Assembly (NCBI GenBank): GCA_040880745.1
Contig: JBBDHX010000030.1
Span: 7,494 to 71,493, forward strand
Origin: Actinomycetota bacterium
GTDB lineage: Bacteria; Actinomycetota; UBA4738; HRBIN12
DNA length: 64,000 bases
Direction of reading: 5' to 3'
Positions 1 through 11,526 of the stretch are shown here, piece by piece; the first letter of the stretch is position 1, and the number at the start of each line of letters is the position of its first letter. The position numbers and the translations under genes are program-made. The notes below the pieces were generated by a model. That model was not told the origin of the DNA and did no database searches. It saw only the letters and a list, made by a program, of their open reading frames with translations.

Positions 1-287
1 CGCCCCAGGCCTCATCGTTGCCGAACGTCCTCCACAGAGCCAATTGGTAGTAGGGAAGGTTGTCCTCGGTGAGCAGGTTGACCTCGAGCGCGGTCTTGGC
101 CATGTCGGGGAGGTCGCTGTCGGAGGGGACCCACGGCTCCTCGATGTAGTTTCGGCCGCGCTCGTACGGGACGTAGTCGTGCGGGAACCATTCGACGGCC
201 GCAGTCTGGTGACGGTTCAACGCCGTCTCAACCGTCGGAAGCAGCTGACGAAGCAGTTCTTCCTTGGCTATCGAGGGGTCCGACACG
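1..287 (-). CDS. acyl-ACP (stearoyl) desaturase, N-terminal part; the gene runs off the window start
   Basis: Reverse-strand translation from a GTG at 285-287 with GGAGGA upstream reads VSDPSIAKEELLRQLLPTVETALNRHQTAAVEWFPHDYVPYERGRNYIEEPWVPSDSDLPDMAKTALEVNLLTEDNLPYYQ. The NLLTEDNLP(S/Y)Y motif is typical of soluble acyl-ACP desaturases (DesA). It is not in the supplied ORF track because it is truncated. Confidence 0.55.
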
Positions 288-425
288 GTTCCTCCACTGG
301 GTCAGGCGGCTACTGTACCCGCGGACGACCCACGCAACCGCGGAGGAAGACCACCCGGCGATGGTCCACGCCGGCGGCGAAGCCCCACCCCCGTGCGAGT
401 CGGGCGCCGCCGTTACCATCGGGAG

Positions 426-1478
426 ATGCGCGAGCTCCGCACGTTGCCCAAAGCCGAGCTGCACATCCATATCGAGGGGTCGCTCGGCGCCTCGACGCTC
501 CGCGAGTGGGCTGAGCGCGGCGGCGGGACGCTCCCGCACGGGCTGCGCGACGATGACGGGTGGCGTTTCGACGGATCCTTGGACTTCATCGAGAACTACG
601 TCGAGATGTGCCGGCTCCTGACCGAACTGGATGACTTCCGCAGGATGGGCGAGGAGTTCTGTGAGGACCTGGCGGCCACCGGGGTCCGCTACGCGGAGGC
701 CGTCTTCAGCCCGGCGAACCACGCGGCGCGCCTGAGCGGGGACTGGTTCGGACCGATCGAGGCGCTGCTGGGGGGCCTGGATGCGGGGCGGCGCGCCACC
801 GGGGTCACGGTCGGGCTCTGCCCCGACATCGTGCGCGACCTCGGGCCCGAGGAAGCCGAGCGAACGCTGGAGGTCGCGTTGGCGTTCGCCGGGAAAGGCG
901 TCGTCGCGCTGAACGCCGCCGGGAGCGAACGCGCACCGGTGGCCCCGTTCGGACCGATGTTCCGCCGTGCGAAGGACGCAGGGCTCGGCAGCGTGCCGCA
1001 CGCCGGTGAGTGGGCCGGAGCCCGCAACGTCTGGGAAACCCTTGAGCATTACGCCCCGGACCGGATCGGGCACGGGGTCGCAGCGGCGACCGACCCCCGG
1101 TTGATGGAGCACCTCGCCGCCTCGGGCATCCCGCTGGAGGTCTCGCCGCTCTCGAACGTGGCCACCGGGGTCTTCGCAACGCTCGAGGAACACCCGTTCC
1201 GCACGCTCCGCGACGCGGGGGTCATGGTCACGCTCAACTCCGACGATCCGTCGATGTTCGGAGCGTGGCTGAGCGATGTCTACGCGGCCGCGAGGGACGC
1301 GTGGGCGTTCGACGACGGAACGCTCGCGGCGATCGCCCGCGACGGCGTCCGCGCGTCGTTCGCCGACGAAGTGACGAAGACGGCGCTCTTCACCGGGATC
1401 GACGCGTGGCTCGAGACTCAGCCGGAAGGTGAGGGATCGGGACCGGGCGTTTCGGCGATCGTGATCGACTCGATGTAG
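426..1478 (+). CDS. add: adenosine deaminase
   Basis: MRELRTLPKAELHIHIEGS... motif, full-length domain and HAGE zinc-ligand region; internal ATG of ORF 264..1478. Confidence 0.9.
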   Translation: MRELRTLPKAELHIHIEGSLGASTLREWAERGGGTLPHGLRDDDGWRFDGSLDFIENYVEMCRLLTELDDFRRMGEEFCEDLAATGVRYAEAVFSPANHAARLSGDWFGPIEALLGGLDAGRRATGVTVGLCPDIVRDLGPEEAERTLEVALAFAGKGVVALNAAGSERAPVAPFGPMFRRAKDAGLGSVPHAGEWAGARNVWETLEHYAPDRIGHGVAAATDPRLMEHLAASGIPLEVSPLSNVATGVFATLEEHPFRTLRDAGVMVTLNSDDPSMFGAWLSDVYAAARDAWAFDDGTLAAIARDGVRASFADEVTKTALFTGIDAWLETQPEGEGSGPGVSAIVIDSM

Positions 1479-2317
1479 ACCGCCTCCGCAGGGGTACCAG
1501 CCTGATCGCCGGTGCTCGCCGCCGCGATGAGGTCGAGCACCTCCAGCCCGGAGGTGACCTGCCCGAAGATCGTGTGCAGACCGTTCAGGTGCCCGGCCGC
1601 CTCGGCACCACCGAAGGTGATGAAGAACTGGCTGCCGTTCGTCCCCGGACCGGAGTTCGCCATCGCCAGTTGCCCCGTCTCGTCGAACAGCCGCTTGGGA
1701 TCGAACTCATCGCCGAACTGGTACCCGGGCCCTCCACCGCCGGTCCCCGTGGGATCGCCTCCCTGGGCCATGAACCCCGGGATGATCCGGTGCAACGTCT
1801 GACCGTCGTAGTACCCCTCGCGCGCCAAGAAGACGAACGCCGCGACGGTCTGTGGTGTGTCCTCGGCGTGCAGGTCGATCTCGAGCGTGCCACAGGAGGT
1901 CACCACCGTGGCCGAGTAGGTGGCGCCGTCCGCGAGCACCTTGCCTGGCTTCGGCGCCGCGTCGTACTGACCCTTGGGTTCCCCGAACGATGCCGGGGCC
2001 GTTCCCCCGCACGCAACCGTCGCGGGCGGTTGCACCTGCGGCGTCACCTCGCCGGTGCGCTGGGGGAGGCCGGGAGCGCCGCTGGGCGACGCGGGGTCCG
2101 TCGGGGTCGCCGAGACGGGAGCCGACGGGCTCCCTGAGGCCTGAGGACCGGGGTCGTCGCCTCCGAGGATCGAGAGGCCGAGGATGATCGCCGCGAGGCC
2201 CACGACGGCACCCACCATGGTGGCCCAGATGCGCTTGCGACGGGCGGCTCGCTGACGCTCCGCCTGCCGTTGGGCGTATCGCTTGGCGAGCTGCCGTTCG
2301 CGGGACCGGTTGGGCAT
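1418..2317 (-). CDS. membrane-anchored peptidyl-prolyl cis-trans isomerase (cyclophilin type)
   Basis: N-terminal TM segment; cyclophilin core HRIIPGFMAQGGDPTGTGGGGPGYQFGDEF. Confidence 0.9.
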   Translation of the reverse strand: MPNRSRERQLAKRYAQRQAERQRAARRKRIWATMVGAVVGLAAIILGLSILGGDDPGPQASGSPSAPVSATPTDPASPSGAPGLPQRTGEVTPQVQPPATVACGGTAPASFGEPKGQYDAAPKPGKVLADGATYSATVVTSCGTLEIDLHAEDTPQTVAAFVFLAREGYYDGQTLHRIIPGFMAQGGDPTGTGGGGPGYQFGDEFDPKRLFDETGQLAMANSGPGTNGSQFFITFGGAEAAGHLNGLHTIFGQVTSGLEVLDLIAAASTGDQAGTPAEAVYIESITIAETPGPDPSPSG

Positions 2318-2328
2318 GGTTGCTCAGG

Positions 2329-3711
2329 TTACCGGACGTCCAGCGCCTCCCGGGCCAGCGCGTCCAGGATGTCGGTCTCCGAGACGAGGACGTCGTCGAG
2401 CCCTGATCGGGCCATCACCGCGAGCAGGATCGAGGCACCCGCCACGATCACGTCACCGCGTCCCGGGGGCATGAACGGGAGGCCATCACGCTCCGCCGGT
2501 GTCATCGACGCCAGCGCCGAGCGAGCCTGCTCGACCCGCTCGCGCGTGAGCGAGCTGCCATGGATCACGTCGGGATCGTCGCGGTCCAGACCGAGGGCCC
2601 AGGCCTGCAGCGTCGCTGGTGTGCCACCCACCCCCACGAGCGTCCGCGCCCCGCCGTCCAAGATCATGGCGGCCTCCTGCAGGAGCGGGGCGATCTCGGC
2701 ATCGAGCGACGATAGGTCCGCCCCCTCCCCGAGCCGCTCACGGAGGCGAACCGAACCGACCTGCAGACTGACGGCCCGGTCCGGTGCCCCCGCAGGCTCA
2801 CGCCCCAACACCAATTCGGTCGACCCTCCACCGATGTCGACCACGAGGAAGGGCCCGTCACCCGGCTCGAGCGTTCGCGTACCGCCGTCATAGGACAGCA
2901 CGGCCTCCCGCACCCCGGCGATCACCTCGGGGTCCTCGCCCGTCAGAGCACGCACGGCCGCGACGAACAGATCGCGGTCGGCGGCGTCGCGGATCGCGCT
3001 GGTCGCGCCCACGGCGACACGAGCGGCGCCCAGGGCAGTAGCGCGCCGTACGTACCTGCGCAGCACCGCTTCGGTGTCCTGCAGGGCCTCGGGATCGAGT
3101 CGTCCCGTGGCGTCCACACCCCGGCCCAGGCGCGTGATCGTCATGTCCCTCGCGAGCTCGACCACGGCGTCACCGCTGCGCGCGAGCACCGACAGGCGCG
3201 ACGAGTTGGTCCCCTGGTCGATCGCAGCGGCCACCGCGTCCGGAGCGACGCCGTGGACCGGCTCCACCCGCTCGGCGACCCACCGTCCCACGACGTCGTC
3301 GCCGCCGCCGAGGTGGTTCGCATAGTGAGCGTGCAGGCACTTGAGACCGCGGCGCGTCCCCGCGACGCCGCCCCAGGCTCCCGATCCGGGTTCCACGCGC
3401 TCCCGCAGCTCCGCGGCCTCGGCGTGCGCCTCCTCGATGCCTCGTGCGAACGCGACGTCGGCGAAGGAGCGAACCGTGAGATCGGCGATCGCACCTGCGG
3501 ACTCCAGCCGTGCGATCGCACGGACCGCCTCGGGGCACGTGAGCCAGAACGTGGTGGGGAAGGGCGTGCCGTCCGCGTCCCGGGTCGCGTTGCGGATCAC
3601 GATCGGATGACCGGCGAGACATCGCGCCGCGACGGAGAAGGCCACGGTGGGCTCGCGGCCCAACTGCTCGCGAACCGCCGCGAGGTCAGATCCCCGCAGC
3701 TCCGGCGGCAC
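2329..3711 (-). CDS. ppx: DUF501 domain fused in-frame to Ppx/GppA exopolyphosphatase (or nested GTG start for ppx)
   Basis: N-terminal 157 aa resemble the DUF501 family, which precedes ppx in actinobacteria. The remainder is the Ppx/GppA domain (AAIDQGTNSSRL..., DIGGGSTE). There is no stop codon between the two domains. Confidence 0.8.
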   Translation of the reverse strand: MPPELRGSDLAAVREQLGREPTVAFSVAARCLAGHPIVIRNATRDADGTPFPTTFWLTCPEAVRAIARLESAGAIADLTVRSFADVAFARGIEEAHAEAAELRERVEPGSGAWGGVAGTRRGLKCLHAHYANHLGGGDDVVGRWVAERVEPVHGVAPDAVAAAIDQGTNSSRLSVLARSGDAVVELARDMTITRLGRGVDATGRLDPEALQDTEAVLRRYVRRATALGAARVAVGATSAIRDAADRDLFVAAVRALTGEDPEVIAGVREAVLSYDGGTRTLEPGDGPFLVVDIGGGSTELVLGREPAGAPDRAVSLQVGSVRLRERLGEGADLSSLDAEIAPLLQEAAMILDGGARTLVGVGGTPATLQAWALGLDRDDPDVIHGSSLTRERVEQARSALASMTPAERDGLPFMPPGRGDVIVAGASILLAVMARSGLDDVLVSETDILDALAREALDVR

Positions 3712-4155
3712 CTATCGACGCTTGTGATCGGTGGCGCGGCGGAAGTCGACCTGGCGCTCTTCGCTCTGCTTCATGAACTTCTTGAGCATCGTCTCGAACT
3801 CCGGATCCGAGCCGCGCCTCGGGCGGGGCGGTGCGGGGTCTTGGAGGGCTTTGATCGAGAGGTCGATCTTGCCGTCGTCCTTGATCGCCACGACCTTGGC
3901 TTCGACGGTGTCGCCTTCACGCAGGTGTTCCCGGACGTCCTTCACGTAGTTCCGGTCGATCTCGGAGATGTGGACGAGGCCCATGCGTCCGTCTTCCAGC
4001 TGCAAGAAGGCTCCGTAGTTCTCGATACGCGCGACGACTCCCTGCGTGGTCGCGCCGACCTCGATGGCGATCTGGCCTCTCCCTCCGTCCGTGGCCCGAG
4101 GCGTCGGTCCCCAGGCGAGGCACCAAGTGTGCGGGAGAGGCAACCCGCCCGTCAA
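3712..4155 (-). CDS. S1 RNA-binding domain protein (CvfD/YugI-like); true start probably internal
   Basis: S1 fold sequence GVVARIENYGAFLQLEDGRMGLVHISEIDRNYVKDVREHLREGDTVEAKVVAI. Confidence 0.75.
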   Translation of the reverse strand: MTGGLPLPHTWCLAWGPTPRATDGGRGQIAIEVGATTQGVVARIENYGAFLQLEDGRMGLVHISEIDRNYVKDVREHLREGDTVEAKVVAIKDDGKIDLSIKALQDPAPPRPRRGSDPEFETMLKKFMKQSEERQVDFRRATDHKRR

Positions 4156-5047
4156 CGCAGGCCGGGATATGCGATCATCTCCGGATGGAGGTCACGCGCT
4201 TCGGCGACCCGGCGGCGTTCCTGAGCGCGGCGACGCCGTTCCTGGGGCGTGACGAACCTCGCCACAACCTGCTGTTCGGTCTGACGGACACCCTGATCCA
4301 CCAGCCGGACGCCTACCCGGCGTTCCACCTGTGGCTCGCGCTCGAGTCGGGCGAGCCGGCCGGCGCGATGCTGCAGACCCCGCCGTACAACCTCGTCCTC
4401 GCCCGGCCGAGCTCGGATGCGGCGCTCGCGGCGCTCGTCGAGGCCGCGGTCGCCGACACCTCGCCCGTCCCCGGTGTGAGCGGCGCCCTCGGCGAGGCGG
4501 AGGCCTTCGCCGGAGCCTGGGCCGACCGGACGGGCGGCTCGTGGACACGACGCATGACCCAAGGCATCTACACCTGCCGGGCGGTCCGCGACGTCCCGAG
4601 CACGCAAGGCGCGCCTCGGGTGGGCGTCGCCGCCGACGCCGACCGGCTGCTCCCGCTGGTCGAGGCGTTCGCGGATGAGGCACTCATCGCACAACCGGTT
4701 CGCGATCGCGCACGTTCCGCGGCCACGACGCGGGCACGGCTGCACGACGAGCCTGGACGCGGAGGCTTCTGGCTCTGGGAGCACGAAGGAGCGATCGTGT
4801 CGATCAGCGGTCACGGCGGCCGGACGCCGAACGGGATCCGCATCGGTCCCGTCTACACGCCGCCCGAGCACCGCGGCCGTGGCTTCGCGACCGCGCTCGT
4901 GCGCGCCCAGACATCGTGGCTCCTCGAGAACGCGGTACGCAGCTGCTTCCTGTACACCGACCTCGCGAACGCGACCTCCAACGGCGTCTACCGGCGGATC
5001 GGCTACGAACTGGACTGCGAGGCCGTCGAACTCGCCTTCGAGGAGCC

Positions 5048-7571
<2,524 letters not shown>

Positions 7572-7596
7572 CGCGTCGCCGACCCTACCGCCGCGG

Positions 7597-8379
7597 TCAG
7601 TGGACGGTCGAGCCCGCGGGTGGGCGTGTGAACTGGCGGAAGTGGCTCACCTCGTCGAACCCGAGCTTGCCGTACAGATGTTTGGGCCAGTCCGCGTCAT
7701 CGGCGACGAGGAAGACGAGGTCGGCACCGCCCGCATGTGCCGCATCGATCGCCGCACCCACGAACGAGCGCGCGAGCCCTCGGTTGCGGAACTCCTCGAG
7801 CGTGCTGACGTTCTCCACCTGCGCGACGCCATCGTGCTCGAACAGCTGGCAACACCCGGCCGGGACCCCGTCGACGCGCGACCAGAAGAACCGCGCGCCC
7901 ACACGCTCGGCGAGCGCCCGGTCATGGTCGACCAGCATCTGGGCCTGCGGCGTGCTGAGGTTCGGGAACCCCTGCGCGGTGATGGTCATGAGCAGGCCGC
8001 TCACGTCTTCGAACGTGGCCTCCTCCCCGCCCGGCGGACCCGAGCGGTCGGCCTCGCGGTGGAGCACCATGTTCACGAGACGATCCGAGGTGTAGCCGAT
8101 GTCCACGAACGCCGCGGCCAGGCGGGCGCCTTCGGCGTCGTCTGCGAAGATGAACTCGCGGTGCTCCAGGTGGGCGCAGCGCCGGTCCGCCTCGGCGGCC
8201 AGTTCGCTGGCCGTCGCCTCCCCCACCGGTCGCTCCACGCGCAGGAAGTTCGCGTCCCACTTGTTCGGGAAGGCGTCATCGAACAGCGCCGTGCCGAAGC
8301 GCCAGGGCTCCGTGCGCTGTGCGGAGGCGTCCTCCAACCAACGGGAGAACGTCGCGATCCGCACCTCATCCTCGGGCAT
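7597..8379 (-). CDS. GNAT family N-acetyltransferase
   Basis: Acetyl-CoA motif EEFRNRGLARSFVGAAIDAAHAGG...LYGKLGF. Confidence 0.75.
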   Translation of the reverse strand: MPEDEVRIATFSRWLEDASAQRTEPWRFGTALFDDAFPNKWDANFLRVERPVGEATASELAAEADRRCAHLEHREFIFADDAEGARLAAAFVDIGYTSDRLVNMVLHREADRSGPPGGEEATFEDVSGLLMTITAQGFPNLSTPQAQMLVDHDRALAERVGARFFWSRVDGVPAGCCQLFEHDGVAQVENVSTLEEFRNRGLARSFVGAAIDAAHAGGADLVFLVADDADWPKHLYGKLGFDEVSHFRQFTRPPAGSTVH

Positions 8380-8408
8380 GGCCGCACGCTACCAAGGCTA
8401 GGCTGCGC

Positions 8409-9050
8409 GTCGTGCTCGATGCGCGGGGAGACCTCCGGGCGGCGCTGGCGATGCTCGCCACCGCCACCCTGTTCACCGCGCTCGTGTGGGCCGACCCGAC
8501 GCACCCGCAGAACCTGGCGCCGATCGATACGTGGTGGCACGACCTGGTCGTGGCACCGGGCTCGCTCGGACACGCGATCGCCCGGGGCCTCGGCGTCCTG
8601 GGCGGCGACGCCGTCTCGTTCGCCGTGCGCGCCGTGGTTGCCTCGTGGCTCGCCGTACGGCGGCGGTGGCGCGACCTCGCGATCTGGGTGGGGGCGTCGC
8701 TCGTCGCCGACCTCCTCGTCGCGGGTCTCAAGGGCGAGGTCGGGAGACTCCGTCCCGACGGCAGCGACCTGCGCTCCTTCCCCTCAGGTCACGCGAAGTA
8801 CGCGGGACAGATCGGGGTGGGGGTCGCGCTGCTGGTCGCGCCGGTCACCCGTCACCGCAGCGCCCTGTGGGGCGCCGCCGTGGGCTGGATCGCCCTGATG
8901 GCGTGGTCGCGGACAGCGCTCGACGTCCACCACCTGAGCGACACGATCGCCGGTGCCCTCATCGGAGCGGGGATCATGCTCGGCGTCTGGGGACTCGCGT
9001 ACGGTCGTGTTGCGTCGCCGGCCGAACCGGGTGCAGACTCACCCCCGTGA
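8409..9050 (+). CDS. PAP2 superfamily phosphatase (membrane)
   Basis: KxxxxxxRP / PSGH / SRxxxxxHxxxD motifs (LRPDGSDLRSFPSGHAKY...HHLSDTIAG) with multiple TM segments. Start approximate. Confidence 0.75.
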   Translation, partial: VVLDARGDLRAALAMLATATLFTALVWADPTHPQNLAPIDTWWHDLVVAPGSLGHAIARGLGVLGGDAVSFAVRAVVASWLAVRRRWRDLAIWVGASLVADLLVAGLKGEVGRLRPDGSDLRSFPSGHAKYAGQIGVGVALLVAPVTRHRSALWGAAVGWIALMAWSRTALDVHHLSDTIAGALIGAGIMLGVWGLAYGRVASPAEPGADSPP

Positions 9051-9718
9051 GCGAGGATCACGACGACTGCTGCTTCGACGGATGGGCGAAGGCAGGCGCG
9101 AAGCGCGCACGGCGCAAGGGCACGGCCGCCGCGGTCACGGCGTCGCTCTTAGCCGCGCTCGAGCACGCCGGGCTCCGTGGGCGGTCGCTCCTGGATGTCG
9201 GCTGCGGGACCGGCGACCTCGCGCTCGGCGCGATCGAACGGGGCGCCGAGCGCGCCACCGGTGTCGATCTGGGCGCCGGAGCGATCGAGAGCGCGAGGAG
9301 CCTCGCCCGGGAGCGTGACGTCTCCGACCGCGCCACGTTCGAGGTGGGCGATGGCTCGATCCTCGATCTGCCCCATGCCGACGTCGTCGTGCTCAACCGC
9401 GTCCTCTGCTGCTTCCCAGACGCGTCGGCCCTCCTGGCGAACACCTTGCCGGCCGCCGGTCAGGTGTTCGCGCTCACCGCCCCCGTCGATCACGGCGCGA
9501 TCGGCGCGTACAACCGCGTGATGGCCCGCTTGGGCAACGTCTGGTACGCGGCACGCGACGCGAAGTACCGCGGGTTCCGCGTCACGATCCATGACCTCAC
9601 CGACGCCGACGCACGCATCCGCGGCGCGGGGTTCCGCCCGAGCGCGCGCGAGCGACACCGCGTCGTGTGGGATCTCCGCGTCTACGAAAGGTCCGAGCCG
9701 GTACGCGCTTCCTCGTAG
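9048..9718 (+). CDS. class I SAM-dependent methyltransferase
   Basis: LLDVGCGTGDLAL motif I; starts at a GTG inside ORF 8486..9718. Confidence 0.75.
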
Positions 9719-10500
9719 AGGGCCAGCAATCCGGCCGGCGGCATCGACGCCATGTCCAGACCCCGGGCCTGCGCGAGAGCAGCGGTTGCCTCGAACCGCG
9801 CGGCGAACGTGCTCGTCGACCTCCGCAAGGCGGCCTCGGCGTCGAGACCGAGCCGGCGCGCCACCGCCACGACCGCCAGGAGCACGTCACCCAGCTCGGC
9901 TTCGGCTCGATCGGCGTCGCCGGCGGCTTCCTCCAACTCGCCCAACTCTTCGCGCACCTTCTCCATCGCCCGCTCGAGCGAAGGCCACTCGAACCCCCAG
10001 CCCGCGGCTCGGCGCTGCACCTTGGACGCACGGGCGAGGGCCGGCAGCGACGCCGGGATGCCCTCACCCACACCCGTGCGTCCCCCGGTCTCATCCGCCT
10101 TCAGGCGCTCCCAGTTCACGAGGACCTCCTCGGTCCCGGAGACCTCGGTGGTGCCGAAGACGTGCGGATGCCGATGGATGAGCTTGCGGACCAGTCCCCG
10201 CGCGACGTCGTCGATGTCCCAGCGTCCGTCCTCCGCAGCGATCTGCGCATGGAAGGTCACCTGCAGCAGGAGATCGCCGAGTTCGTCGCGCATCGCGTCG
10301 TCATCGCCCGCGTCGATCGCCTCCAGGAGTTCGTGGGTCTCCTCCAAGAGGTGGCGGGCCAGCGTGCGATGGGTCTGCTCCCGGTCCCAGGGACAACCGT
10401 CGGGGGCGCGCAGGCGAGCCTGGACCCGCACCAGGTCGAGCAGATGCTCGCCCCCGTGCGAGGACGGCACCGGTCCGGGCGGCACCCCGTCCTGGCTCAT
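9682..10500 (-). CDS. mazG: nucleoside triphosphate pyrophosphohydrolase MazG
   Basis: MazG EExxE signature (HLLEETHELLEAIDAGD) and second MazG repeat; start at MSQDG inside ORF 9682..10752. Confidence 0.85.
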   Translation of the reverse strand: MSQDGVPPGPVPSSHGGEHLLDLVRVQARLRAPDGCPWDREQTHRTLARHLLEETHELLEAIDAGDDDAMRDELGDLLLQVTFHAQIAAEDGRWDIDDVARGLVRKLIHRHPHVFGTTEVSGTEEVLVNWERLKADETGGRTGVGEGIPASLPALARASKVQRRAAGWGFEWPSLERAMEKVREELGELEEAAGDADRAEAELGDVLLAVVAVARRLGLDAEAALRRSTSTFAARFEATAALAQARGLDMASMPPAGLLALYEEARTGSDLS

Positions 10501-11516
10501 CCCTGGGGCGGGGCGACGTTGACCGGCCCCGAGGGCTCGGCCGAGGCGAGCGGGTCGGTGCTCGTGATCCGAACCACGATGAGGGTCTGCGGGTCGAGCC
10601 GTCCGAACCGCGGGTTGACCTGGATGTCGCCGTTGTCCAGGAGACCGCGTTCGTGCTCGGCGAAGGCCGGTCCCGCCCGGGAGGCGACCAGGTCGGCTCG
10701 AACGTCCTCGAACGGCGTGACCTCCTTCTGCACCATGTGGATCACATGCCACCCGAACTCCGACTGCACGGGTGGTGAGATCCGGTCGACCTCCAACTCG
10801 AGGACGGCCTCGCGGAGCCCCGGCGTGAACTGCGAGACCGGCGTCGAAGCGAGCGCACCGCCGTTCTGTTCCACACCCGGATCCTTCGAGACCTCCACGG
10901 CGAGCGCGAGGAAGTCCTCGCGGGTCGCCCCGGGTGCGGTGACCTCGGCGTAGACCGCGTCGGCCTCCTCGCGGGTTTCCACCAAGATGTGATCGGCCTG
11001 GACGATGACGTGGCTCGCGAGGTCTTCGTCGTACTGCGCGCGCAACTCGTCCTCCGAGACGGTGCTCTCGACGAGGGCTGCCGCAACCTCTTGCTGCAGC
11101 ATCGAACCGCGCAGGACCGTCACGAACTGATCGTAGGTCGCCCCGTTCGCGTCCAGCGCTGCCTGCAAGGCGCCCTCCCCGAAGTTCAACGCGAACCGAT
11201 CGGCGGTGTCGGTCACCTCATCGTCGGTGAGCACGATGCCGTTGGCCGCCGCGTAGTCCTCCGCGACCGAGAATCCGATGAGGGCTCCCAGGGTGAACCG
11301 GTTGCACGATGCCTCCTGCGTGTCGCCCTCGGTCGCGACCTCGCCGCACGGAGAGGTGGACAGTGACGCGACCGATGTGAATACGCCGGCGGCGGCGGCG
11401 ACTTCCTGATCGCTGATGTCGGCACCCGCGACGCTCGCCGCGGCGGCCGCCCCCGAGCACGCGGCCGAAAGGACCAGGCCACCGGCCGCGACGGATCGAA
11501 GCAAGGAGGTCCGCAT
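10497..11516 (-). CDS. SurA/PpiC(parvulin)-like lipoprotein, LpqU-position equivalent
   Basis: Signal peptide with lipobox LSAAC; C-terminal parvulin-like region (GGALASTPVSQFTPGLREAVLELEV...FGWHVIHM). Conserved position between mazG and mfd. Confidence 0.6.
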   Translation of the reverse strand: MRTSLLRSVAAGGLVLSAACSGAAAAASVAGADISDQEVAAAAGVFTSVASLSTSPCGEVATEGDTQEASCNRFTLGALIGFSVAEDYAAANGIVLTDDEVTDTADRFALNFGEGALQAALDANGATYDQFVTVLRGSMLQQEVAAALVESTVSEDELRAQYDEDLASHVIVQADHILVETREEADAVYAEVTAPGATREDFLALAVEVSKDPGVEQNGGALASTPVSQFTPGLREAVLELEVDRISPPVQSEFGWHVIHMVQKEVTPFEDVRADLVASRAGPAFAEHERGLLDNGDIQVNPRFGRLDPQTLIVVRITSTDPLASAEPSGPVNVAPPQG

Positions 11517-11526
11517 GGCTCCGAGT

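Noticed and set aside
228-1193. 321-aa minus-strand ORF antisense to adenosine deaminase
   Set aside because: Low-complexity Arg/Gly/Pro-rich translation typical of antisense frames in 70 percent GC DNA. The plus-strand add gene has clear motifs. The real minus-strand gene here is the truncated desaturase in another frame, ending at 287.
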